A DNA stretch of 64,000 nucleotides. Source: Phaeosaccion multiseriatum. Its lineage: Eukaryota > Protista > Ochrophyta, other classes. The stretch lies in assembly GCA_965112735.1 (NCBI GenBank), contig OZ218950.1, positions 3,968,001 through 4,032,000 on the forward strand. Direction: 5' to 3'. Position 1 is the stretch's first letter. Each line of letters opens with the position of its first letter. The notes under the pieces are model-generated. The model was not told the DNA's origin, made no database searches, and saw only the letters and a list, made by a program, of their open reading frames with translations. The position numbers and the translations under genes are program-made. Shown here one piece after another: positions 31,751 through 43,117 of the stretch.

Positions 31751-32414
31751 AGGGTCTAGCAGGGGGCAGGGAAGAAGGCGACGGCGTTGGGCCGTGAAGA
31801 CGAGGCAGCACCATTCACGGCTTCCCCATGCGGGCTTACTCACTTTCCATGCGTACTACTCAGAGTCGAAACACCTTAATAAGATTCGTATTCGAAAAAC
31901 TCAGGAGAGCTCACTCACCTTCAAGACACCCCCGTTTTGGAGACACCCAAACGCCCCCCCCCCTTCCACCCCAAACTACTTAAAAGTACTGTTTTAGCGA
32001 GTTTGAACATGCGCATTTTGTTGCCAAACTACTGTTTTAGCGAGTTTGAACATGCGCATCGTGTTGCCCTCGTCGAGAACAAGTCGAACGCCGGCATCGT
32101 TGCCTCCTGAAACCTCTATCAAGTTCAGTTCTATGGGTGGAGGCCTAACAAACTGAAACTCCCGTTCCTTACGTAAGGGCCATGCGGGTCTTACATAAGG
32201 GTGTCTTGCAGCCTACTAGAGCCCCCCCCCCCCCCCTAAATAAAGTGCCTCTATCGCCGAGTTGAGCAGTTTTGGTTACGCGTCCCAGGTAGGGGTGGGT
32301 AAGGGGAGTGCAACAAGACACTCAGAATCTCTGTGGCACTGCACTACGCCAATCGCCTTTTATGTTCTCTCAGGTGTCCTCTCTTACAGATATTATTATG
32401 TAGGGCACACACTT

Positions 32415-32545
32415 TTTTCTCGCGGATGTATTTTAGTGAATTAGACAAACAATGGGGCACTTGTATCGCGGCTGTATTTTAGTGAATTAAACAAAGAGGC
32501 ATTTCTCGCGGCTGTATTTTAGTGAATTAAACAAACAAAGAGGCA
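32415..32545. repeat. Three-copy ~30-bp repeat TCGCGGCTGTATTTTAGTGAATTAAACAAA; a separate two-copy repeat at ~31987-32059
   Basis: Direct reading. Confidence 0.8.
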
Positions 32546-33043
32546 AGGTGCCTGGGCCAAAACCTCTTTCGATGAAGGGATCAGGCAATCCACCCCACTC
32601 CACTCCATCCCAACCCGCCCTTCGGTCCATTCAAACATGCCTCGCAAGCATCAGCTCTGACTGAGCAGCGTGCAGCTGTCGTACAGAGCTATGGTTCGGA
32701 TAGCAGTGGATGGCAGTGGATGGCAGTGGATGGCAATGGATGGCAGTGGATGGGATAGCCTCCTTTCCTCCCTTGCCCTCCCCTCCGCTCCGAGTCCTCT
32801 CAAGGCCATAAAAGTCCAAAGCGTAGGCAGCTTTGCCTCCCCCTAACATAGGCCACTGGCCAAAATTCAAGCAAGTCCGTGTGTGATCGGCCTCTCGCTC
32901 TCTCACTCTGCCCCTCGCTTACTTGCACACGCCTTGTCGTCTCCAGAGGAAGGGAAGGGAGAGGGAAGGGGAGGGGAGGGAGGGAGGAAGGCCTCTGGTG
33001 CCCGCACTGGTTCCCCAATGCCCCTGCTACACTCTGCCGATTC

Positions 33044-33076
<33 letters not shown>

Positions 33077-33113
33077 CGCGAGAGAGCTTAGCCCAGCTCA
33101 GCTCAGCTCAAGC

Positions 33114-34420
33114 TCAGTCGAAGGTCATGACCTCTGCCCCAGCCCCGCCTGCCTCCTTGAACTCGGACACCTTCCCCTCTGCCTCGAAGGACGAAGCGTC
33201 CCTACCCCCCTTTCCTCCTCCTCCTCCTCCGTCCTTCTCCTCCCCTGCCCCACCCTTGGCAAACTCTGCCTCCTTGTCACCTCCTCCACCCCCTCCACCC
33301 CCTCCACCCCAGCCCATCTTTGACTCTCCTTTCCCCACGCCCGTCGGCACCATACCACTACCTCCCCCCGTGCTGCCCTCTGCCATGGGCGCAATGGGTG
33401 CATTGGACAGTGAGCCTAGCCGCTCCCTCCCCCCGCCCCCGCCGCCCCCGTTCTTGGCTGCATCTTGTTGCCTAAAGCCCGCCCCCCCGCCCCCCCCTGC
33501 TGCTGCCTTTGCCGCGGCGGCCTGGGACTGAGCCAAGGCCTCGGCTGCGGCCTTTTGTGCCGCTACGAGTCCTGCCGGCTGTGGCTCAGGGCCCTGTGCG
33601 TTCGGTTGTGCGTGTGTTCGTTCGTTCGTTCGTGTAGGAAGGAAGGAAGGAAGGGAGGAAGGGAGGGAGAGAGGACGGAGAGTTGAGGCGAGTGAAGTGA
33701 GGTGATGTAAATTTGTCTCATTGGTAAAGACTCTGAAATATTGGGTTCCAGGGACGGTACAGTACCCAAGCCTAGGTACTTTGACTCACGTCTTGATTGA
33801 GCATCTTGAACTTGACGAGGCTCGTGAAGATGAAGTGCAGAATGTGCTTGGGGTTGTTGGCATGGGCGTCGCTGAGCAAGCCGTTCACGCCCAGCACCTC
33901 GCCGCTCTCCTGTAGTAGGAGGAGGGCAGGGGCAGGGTGGGGGGGGGGGAGGCCTATGACACCAGGTACTGACTGACCGGCAAACTGACTGACTTGACTA
34001 TAACTGACTGGCACCAAGTACTGACTGACTGACTGACTGACTGACTGACTGACTGACTGACTGACACCAAGTACTGACTGACTGACTGACTGACTGACTG
34101 ACCTGCACAAAGTACTCGAGGTCGTCGCCCCCCTCTGCACACTTGTTGGTGAGCTGCGCAAGGCGAATACCGTCCGACGCGAAGTGCTCATCGAGGTCGA
34201 ACTGGTCCAGAGCGGGGGGGGGCGGCTCGCGGAGAGCAGGGGGGAACACGGCGGGCTGGTGGGGGGGGGGGGGGGCGGAGAGGGGAGGGGGGAGGGCATA
34301 AGATGAGATTCTTTCGTCAGAGGAGATCGAGAGGCGAGGCGAGCGGAGCCGGAATAAAGGTGTGCTTTGCAGGCGGCAAAAGGGCCGTACACAAACGTAT
34401 TAAGCTGCTGAGTAGCCGTA

Positions 34421-34458
<38 letters not shown>

Positions 34459-34515
34459 ACACTAACACACACGCAGACACAGACACAGACACACAAAAAC
34501 ACGCACTCACTCACT

Positions 34516-34574
<59 letters not shown>

Positions 34575-35331
34575 GCAGGGAGGGCAGGGGGCACTCGAAG
34601 GTGGGGCGGATGAGCGTGAGGGGCTCGTGCTTGACCCCTAGCTGGTCGTACAGCTTAATGGTCTGGGGCACCAGGGAGTTGTCGAGCTTGAAGAGCTCCT
34701 CGTTGAACAGCGCCACGAAGTTCTTTGGGAGCACCTCCGTCTCCTGTTTGTTTGTGGGGTTAAGGGCAAACGTGGAAGAAGGCCAAGTGGAAGGCCAAGT
34801 GGAAGGCCAAGTGGAAGGCCAAGGGCCAGGACGAGTGAGTGTAACTGTAAGGGTAAAGGAGTGTAAGGGCAAGGGCAAGGGGAGGGGGAGGGGGGGGAGG
34901 CCATTCACACACCCACGCACCTCTACCCACCCATCCACCCACCCATCCACCCGCCCACTCAACGCACTCACGCACCCACCCACCCTACCCACCCACCTGC
35001 AAGCAGCTTCGCAATCGGTTGGCGAGTCCTTCGGTGTTGGGAAGTCGCACGTATTCGTTAATGTCGTACTCTCTCCGTCGCACAAGCGTCACGTCACCAT
35101 CCGCCAGCAGCCAGCGTACCTGCACACAGGTGAGGATAAAAGAGAGGGAGAGGAGGGAGGGAGGGAGGGAGGGAGGGAGGGAGGATGTTGAGTAAGGTGG
35201 GGAGAGCACGGGGTCGTCCAATACATGAAAAGTCAAGGGTAGAACAGAGAGTGCGGGGGAAGAAGACGAAGAGGCGCCTTACAGCGTAACGGCGGAGAGA
35301 GGGAGAGAGAGGGACACAGAGAAGAGGGGGG

Positions 35332-35413
<82 letters not shown>

Positions 35414-37707
35414 GCACCAGCACGTCGCAGAGCTTTGCGTTCTCCTCCTTATCGATCCACTCGTCAGCGAACATCTCAGCCGAGGCCACGACGACAAGGC
35501 GGCCAGCCCCCCGTGAGGAGGAGGAGTTGTAGGCGTTGTTCTCGTCGTTGCCATTGGCTCGGTCCTCGGAGAAGCGGTCTGGGGAGCGAACAGAGCAGGG
35601 GAAGGGAGGGAGGGACGCAGGGAGGCAGAGAAGAGGGAGGTCAGAGATCGACGTCCTCCCCCTCGCTACCTTCACCCTCCCTCACCCTCCCTTCTCCCCT
35701 ATCCTCATCCTCACCCTCCTCCCCACTCTCACCTGACTTGGACTTTTGCTTGCCGGCGTCAGGATGTTCCCACGCAGCTGCAATTGGCCTGTTGAGGGGG
35801 TAACTGATGGGGCCAGACGACAAGATAGGGTGGGCAGGGCTCTGGACCGTCATGCTCGCCCCGTACGGATACACCACCGTCAACCCGCCTCCGTTGGACG
35901 TGTCTACTTTGCTGCCAGCGCTGTTGGGGTTTGAGGAGCCGGAGCTGCTGCTATTTTTGCCGTTGGCGGTGGAGTTGTGGCTGTTGTTTCCGTTGGCGTT
36001 ACTGCCATTGTTGCCGTTGGCATTGTCGCCGCCACCGGAGAAGGAGTTCTTGCGGCTGTGGCTACCCCCCTTGCCGAGAGGCATGGAGTCCTTCTTGAGA
36101 GCAAGCTCGGGGTTGAGCACTCCGTTGCTAATGAACACCTGTGGGAGGGGGGGGGAGGAGGAGAGGGAGGAGGATGACGAACAAGAGAGACAAGAAGCAG
36201 TGCGCACATGAGAGAGAGAACAGCGAGAAGAGAGAAGGACGAGCGCGTTTCATGACCTTGCCCGCTTTGGTACGCCCTCCCCCCTCCACACTTCATCCTT
36301 GCACGACATTTCAGCTTTCATCATCCCGCTGGACCCACCCGTCAGTAGCAGCGGCCAATTCACCACCATCCACCACCATCCATCAATACCACACCTACGT
36401 AGACTCTTTGACAAAGTAATCTTACGTATGTACGCACGTAAGTACGTACCTCTTTTGGATGCATGTACTTGTAGTAGGCAGCACGAGCCACGCTGTCGCT
36501 GTGTACGGTCATGCCGAACTGCTCCAGGAGAAAGTTAATGTTTGTGCCCAGGGCTGCCTCCCCTCCCTCCGCAGCCATCATGAGGACACTTCCTCCTGCC
36601 TTGAGGAAGCTCTTTAAGCTCTCAAACTCTTCGTTGCTAAACTTGTCTCTTGGGGCGCCGAAGACAAAGAGGCTCGCCTCCTCAAGTTGGTCGTCACCCA
36701 GGTCGTCCTTATTCACAGACACCTACCGTGCAGAGCGGTGCAGAATGGGGAGTGAGTGAATAAATGAATGAAGAAGGACGAAGGAAGGGTCCAAGAGAGA
36801 GAGGGAGACAAGGGAAATGTGGGCATGGGACGGACACAGCAGCAGCAGCAGCAGCAGCAGCCGCAGCAGCGCGGGTCAGGGAAAGGAGTGAAGACTAGCA
36901 GAGGTGTGGTCCCCGCGCGTGCTATCTGCCCTGCCCGACGTGCTATCTGCCCTGCCCGACGACGAGGAGGAGGAGGTTGTTCGCTTTGGAGGCTCTGCTC
37001 TCCAGGGGAATGTTTTCGAGGGCCAACCCTCAACCTTCGTGTCTTGTGTGCATCTCTCTCTGTCCCTCTCTGTCTCTCTCTCTCGCTTCGCTTGCCTCCG
37101 CCCCAGTGGCCAAAATCATTCCCAGCCGTCCCCTCCACTCTTTGGAGGAGCCGCTCCGGTTGTTCCGTAGGAGTAAGTCTCCTCCTTACGAGGTGCATGT
37201 GAGTAGACGCGCTCTCTCTCACCTTGTATGAAGACTTGAGCCGCCTTGCGAACTTCTTGTACACGTTTCCGGGGTGGTGTGTCTCCATCTTCGAGGCATC
37301 GAACACCACCGTTTTCTTCGAGGACAGACATGGGGGGGGGGGAAGAGTACGTTTTGGCGGCATCAGAAAGGTCGACAAAGGCGGGGAAGGCGCGAGAGAC
37401 GGAGAAGGGGATGCGTAGGATGACTAGAAGCAGCTACAAGAGTACACAGCAGAGTGGAGAGCAGCAGCGCAGAAAGAACAAGACTTGGAGAGAGCCTCGG
37501 ATATGGAGCCGAAGAGAAAACACAGGACACAGCAACGCAGACGCGGCGCCGTCAAAGAGTTGTTCCAAACAGATTCCTTCCAGTCCTTCTTTCGAAGTCG
37601 CCCTCACTCTCTCCTCTTGAACATCATCTCATGAGTAGGATAAGAACATGGATAGACAGACTTACCCTACTGCTATTGGCCCCATCTCCAGCATTTCCAT
37701 TGTCCAT
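33114..37707 (-). CDS. IFT52: Intraflagellar transport protein 52; ~10 exons
   Basis: MDNGNAGDGANSSR|KTVVFDASKMETH..YKKFARRLKSSYK, FGAPRDKF..EFESLK, TNINFLLEQFG..DSVAR..YYKYMHPKE, VYPYGASM..LSSGPISYPLNRPI, DEWIDKEENAKL, VKHEPLTLIRPTFECPLPSLQ, FPPALREPPPPALDQFDLDEHFAS..RLAQLTNKC. Confidence 0.95.
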
Positions 37708-38160
37708 AGCCCTGGAGAGGGAGCGCTCAAGGGGTCTCCCCCTCAAGCTCTGTTATTCCTCGTCACCCCCTCGCCTCCGCCCTCCCAGCGGCTGCAACAG
37801 GAAGCCACCTGTTTCTGCTCCTCGATTTCCCACCGCACCCCCTTCCAACCTTTCTTCTCCTCCCACGCGTGACTGCGAGGACTCCCTCCAATGAGAGGGC
37901 GAGGCAATCGCGATCCACCAAATGTTGTCAGTCTACTGCCCCAAAACGCAGCAATATTTCGTACACCCTGCAGTTACTTCGACGCACTCCCGCTACGCTA
38001 TGCCGCTGGCTCTACGGGCGCTTTTATACCTCTCGGTGATATCCTTTTCTTCCTCGTCGTTTAGAAATTCAACGGTTGTCCTGGCGACGACGGGAAAAAC
38101 TACCAACACGGTAGCATGGTCTTCGATGATATCGTTCCACCAAAAAACTTTGGCTAAAAA

Positions 38161-41100
38161 ATGGCCAATCTCCTCTTCCTCGTGGAAGTGCTGCTGCTTG
38201 TGGTGGGCAGCAACGCCTTCGTGTTGAGAAACCCACTACATCCGAAGCTGGTGCCACTTGCGCGGTGCAGCAGTAGCAATATTAGGGGGTAAGTTCATTT
38301 TCCCTCCCTCTTTCCCATTTACTCTAACTTTACCCCCTTCCCCCCATTCCTACGGCCACCCGCTCTCGATCTTTGCCTAACGAGCAGGAGCGGGAAAGAA
38401 GTGCCATCGACGTCGTCGAGAGGGCTCGTAACGGTAGCAGTAGCAGCTACATCGGAGGATGGCTTCGATCTCGCTCCACCTCCTTTGACTGCAGCAAACA
38501 AGCTAAGAAAGCTCCTCGCAACGGGCGAGATCCTCACGATGCCCTGCTGCTATGACGGCCTCACCGCGAGGCAAGTGTAGGAGAGTTTGGGTCGCTATCC
38601 CAGTGTCCTTTTCGGCTGCTTTGCCTCCTCATCGAAGAGGGAAATCGAGGGAAATCGACAGACCTCCGTTCTTTCGCTTAGCTTTCGCGTCCATCTGCCC
38701 CCCTCCCCTTGTATACTCAGCTCCTCCTCTCCCCCCTCTCCTTGCACCGCCCACTACCATGGCAACAGGCTGGTCGAGCAGGGGGGCTTCCCCCTGACCT
38801 TCATGACGGGCTTTGGTGTGTCTGCATCATTGGGCTTCCCTGTGAGTGGTCTGCCTCCTCGGTAGAGCCTCCAGTCGCTCCTATTACTCTCTCTCTGTCT
38901 CTCTGTCACTCCTCTCTCCCTTCCTCCCTCCCTCCCTGACTGGCTTGCCTTGCCCCCAAATCCCCCCCTTCTGCTTGGGTTCCCACCTCCCTACCTACCT
39001 TTCTGCCCCACCCCCACTCCCATTGCCATTGCACTGCATGCACAGGACACGCAGCTTGTCTCGTACGGAGAGATGATCAAGCAGGTAATGACAAAACGTA
39101 CATGTGCATGCACAGCCATCGTGGTGGCCCCCTCCGGGTCTGCACAGTGTGACTCACTGTAAAATGGTTTTCCCCTCCCCTTGCTTTTGATGGCAAAGGC
39201 CTTGTTGTTGGTCTGAGCTGCCGGGCTCTGGAAACATACAAAGAGAGAAAGCGACAACACACACATCCATGTAGAGCGTGAGCGCAACTTTGAAGCCTCA
39301 CACAAGGCGCAAATTTCACAAGCCTCCCCCCCCCCCCCCTTCCCCCACCCGCCCTCCGATCTTATTTTCTCCTCTCCATCCACGTTGGGTCTTGCCTCCT
39401 CCCCACCTCACCCTCTCACCACCCAAAGGCGACGACCATCGTTAGCGCATTGACTGCCATCCCCTGCATAGGTGATGGGGACACAGGCTACGGCAACGAG
39501 ATGAACGTGAAGCGTACCGTCAAAGGGTATGCACAGGTGGGTATGGGGGGCATCATGATCGAGGATCAGGTCTCCCCCAAGCGCTGCGGGCACACCAAGG
39601 TACGTGTGTGTGTGTGTGTGGGCGTGCGTGTTATACACAAGCCTCATCTCGGGCGATGGGCGATGGATGGAGGGGCCGAGGGGCAGGGGGGGGCTGACAC
39701 GTGTATCTTTCCTTTCCCTGTTGATTGGTTTTTAATTTCTTTTGCGGATTGTTTTCTTGCCTCCCAACTCTCTCTGTCTCTCTCTCTCTTTCTCTCTCTC
39801 TCTCTTTCTCTCTTTCCCTCTCTCTCTCCCTCTCTCTTTCTCTATCTGTGTGCGTGTGTGTATTCAGGGTAAAGCCGTTGTGGACCGAGCCACTGCTGTG
39901 CAGCGCGTACAAGCAGCCTGCGACGCGCGAGACGAGCTCACGTACGTACATCAAGTGCCTTCTATTGCCATCCATTGCCATCCTTGCTGTTCATTGCCAT
40001 CCAATGCCCGTTGCGACATCAGGCATCACACCATCCATTCACACAACCAATCCAATTCATCCAGCCATTCACCTGCCCATTCATCCACCCACTCACCCCC
40101 CCCCCCCGACCTCCCATGTACTCGTGAGCAGGGCGGAGGGCAAGGCAGACATCTTGATCATGGCCCGTACCGACGCACGTATAGAGAGCATGGAAGAGGC
40201 ATTGGAGCGATGTAAGGCCTTTAAAGCGGCGGGGGCAGACATACTCTTCCTCGAGGCACCGCAGAGGTGAGTTACTTACTTGGTAGTTTGTTTGTGGGAG
40301 GGATGGAGGAGGGGTGGGGAAGGAAGGAAGGAAGGAAGCAAGGACTCAGTCAGTCAGTCTCGTGCTTCATCTTGACTTGTGTATGACGTACCTGTCTCCA
40401 TCGCCCCCCCCCCAACCCCCGCCTCCCTCTTCTCTCTCTCTCCCTCTTGCTCTCTTGCCTCCCTCTTCTCTCTCTCTCCCTCTTGCTCTCTTGCCTCCCT
40501 CTTCTCTCTCTCTCCCTCTTGCTCTCTTGCCTCCCTCTTCTCTCTCTCCCTCTTGCTCTCTTGCCTCTCTCCCTCTTGCTCTCTTGCCTCTCTCCCTCTC
40601 TCTCTCCCCCCCCCTCTCTCCCCCTCTCTCCCCTCTCCCCCCTCTCCCCCCTCTCCCCCTCCCCCTCTCTCCCCTCTCCCCCTCCGCCTCTGCCGCTGTC
40701 TCTCTCTCATCTGCCTCTGTCGCTCAGTGTGGAGGAGATGCACCTCTTCTGCGATACCGTTCCGGACGTACCGAAACTGGTGAGTGGTGATTCAACACTT
40801 CCCTTACCACACGCGGACACCCCACATACACACGCACGCACCCACCCACCCACTCTCTCCCTCTCTCTCTCCCTCTTCCTCTGTCCCTCTCTACTGCATG
40901 ACTAACCACTGACACACAATTGGCACACATTGGTGGCACAACAGGCCAACATGTTGGAGGGGGGCAAGACACCCGTGCTGCCGCCAAAGCAGCTGCAGGC
41001 CATGGGCTTCAGGTCAGTACACACAGAGAGAGAGAGAGTGAGAGTGTGTGTGAGAGAGAAAGGACATGCCGCTGCGCTTCCAAAAGAAGGAAACCCCCCC

Positions 41101-41206
41101 ACCCCAAACAAACACACACACACGCACGCACGCACGGTCGCCACCCCCCCCCCCCCCCCCCACACGCACGCACACACGTACGGTCGTTTCAGAGTTTGTT
41201 TGAGTT

Positions 41207-41237
<31 letters not shown>

Positions 41238-42231
41238 GCGGTGGTTGTTCCCAAGGCATGCCCAGCAATGCTCTGTACGGCTTTCTTCACAGCCTCACAA
41301 CCTCACAACCCTCACCCACGGAACTCCTTCACTTCTCCGCCTTACGGCTCGTTGACGGCGGAGCCCTGCCCCTGTCCCATCCCGACCCGCCCTCCTCTTA
41401 CCCTTCTGCCCTGCCCCTGTCCCATCCCGACCCGCCCTCCTCTTACCCTTCTGCCCTGCCCCTGTCCCATCCCGACCCGCCCTCCTCTTACCCTTCTGCC
41501 CTGCCCCTGTCCCATCCCGACCCGCCCTCCTCTTACCCTTCTGCCCTGCCCCTGTCCCATCCCGACCCGCCCTCCTCTTACCCTTCTGCCCTGCCCCTGT
41601 CCCATCCCGACCCGCCCTCCTCTTACCCTTCTGCCCTGCCCCTGTCCCATCCCGACCCGCCCTCCTCTTACCCTTCTGCCCTGCCCCTGTCCCATCCCGA
41701 CCCGCCCTCCTCTTACCCTTCTGCCCTGCCCCTGTCGCATCCCGACCCGCCCTCCACTTACCCTTCTGCCCTGCCCCTGTCCCATCCCGACCCGCCCTCC
41801 TCTTACCCTTCTGCCCTGCCCCTGTCCCATCCCGACCCGCCCTCCTCTTACCCTTCTGCCCTGCCCCTGTCCCATCCCGACCCGCCCTCCTCTTACCCTT
41901 CTGCCCTGCCCCTGTCCCATCCCGACCCGCCCTCCTCTTACCCTTCTGCCCTGCCTCCTTCTCTACTGCTCTCTCCTCCCACCCCACCCCAACGCCCAAC
42001 GCCCAATCCCGCTCCCCCCCCCCCTCTTTCAACAATGACACTACACACCACAGCATCGCCGCCTACCCTCTGAGTCTGCTGAGTGCGTCCATCAAGGGCA
42101 TGCAGGACACTCTGGCGCTCCTGCACAAGGGAGAGAGCGTGGACCACCTCATCGCTCCCTTCGAGGTCACCAAGGACGTCGTGGGCTTTAACGAGTATTA
42201 CGAGGGGCACGACCGTTATAACGAGACATGA
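38161..42231 (+). CDS. Isocitrate lyase/PEP mutase superfamily enzyme (petal-death-protein / 2,3-dimethylmalate lyase / CPEP mutase-like) with bipartite plastid presequence; 10 exons
   Basis: MANLLFLVEVLLLVVGSNA|FVLRNP signal with Phe at +1. Core motifs MPCCYDGLTAR, FMTGFGVSA..PD, IGDGDTGYGNEMNVKRTV, IEDQVSPKRCGH, ARTDAR, GADILFLEAP, ANMLEGGKTP. Confidence 0.92.
41362..41955. repeat. Intronic 45-bp minisatellite, ~13 near-identical copies
   Basis: Unit CCCTGCCCCTGTCCCATCCCGACCCGCCCTCCTCTTACCCTTCTG. Confidence 0.93.
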
Positions 42232-42469
42232 CATTAGTTATTGCACGCGTTTCTTTTAACTCCCTCCTATGGACAGCACCAAAACTGAATCGTTTGGCTT
42301 GCTGCTGCTGCTGCTTGCTGCTGTTGCGGTATATCACCAACTGCTGCTAGCACTGCTGTTGCTGTTGCTGTTTCTTTCTTGTCTCTTCCAAAGAGCCAAG
42401 CAAAAGACAAAAGGCCTTCCTTCGTTTAGTTTCCCGTATGCTTGCGGCCACCAAACCCTACCACCCTCT

Positions 42470-42502
<33 letters not shown>

Positions 42503-42924
42503 CAGTCAGGAGAGAATAACACATCGACGCAGGGTAGACGAACCTCAGCTCCACCCCAATGTTCTGTGGTCAGCTCCACCCCAATGTTCTGTGGTGAGAG
42601 TTCTGTGAGGAGAGCAGAGGAGAGGCCACCCCAGCTCGGGCATTTGACTCCCTCCCTCTCCGGGTCACAAGACAGAGACAGACAGGCCTTGCCAAGCCCG
42701 GTAAATACAGATAGCCCGAGAGGACGAAGCAGTACATACATACATACTAAGTACATACAGCCAACAGACGCAGGCGGACCTGAGCGTCCGGTTCAGTACC
42801 CTTGCCCCGCGCCTTTGCCCTTGCCCTATCGGGCCCTGCTGTGCCATTCGGGGGGGGGGGGGGCGTCTACGGCTGTCCACTGCCATCCACTGCTGCCATC
42901 CACTGCCATCCACCGCCATCCTTA

Positions 42925-43059
42925 TCACGACGTGTTGAAGAAGCCCTTGTCCCTCTCTGCGAGGTTGGTACAGTCCCTCATGGCGAGGGTGTGTTTCTGC
43001 GATCTGCCGCTGCGGGCGTTGCACTGCGCATTCACACCCAAATTGGTAATGGTGTGGAT

Positions 43060-43117
<58 letters not shown>

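Noticed and set aside
32165-32220. Hairpins followed by CTAG as a Helitron 3' end
   Set aside because: The base after CTAG is A rather than T, and no 5' TC end or Rep/helicase is identifiable.
32415-32545. Repeat-spacer-like triple repeat resembling a mini CRISPR
   Set aside because: Only three copies, spacers short and related to each other, eukaryotic context, no cas genes.
40920-42073. 372-aa and 285-aa Pro/Cys-rich repeat ORFs
   Set aside because: Products of the 45-bp intronic minisatellite.
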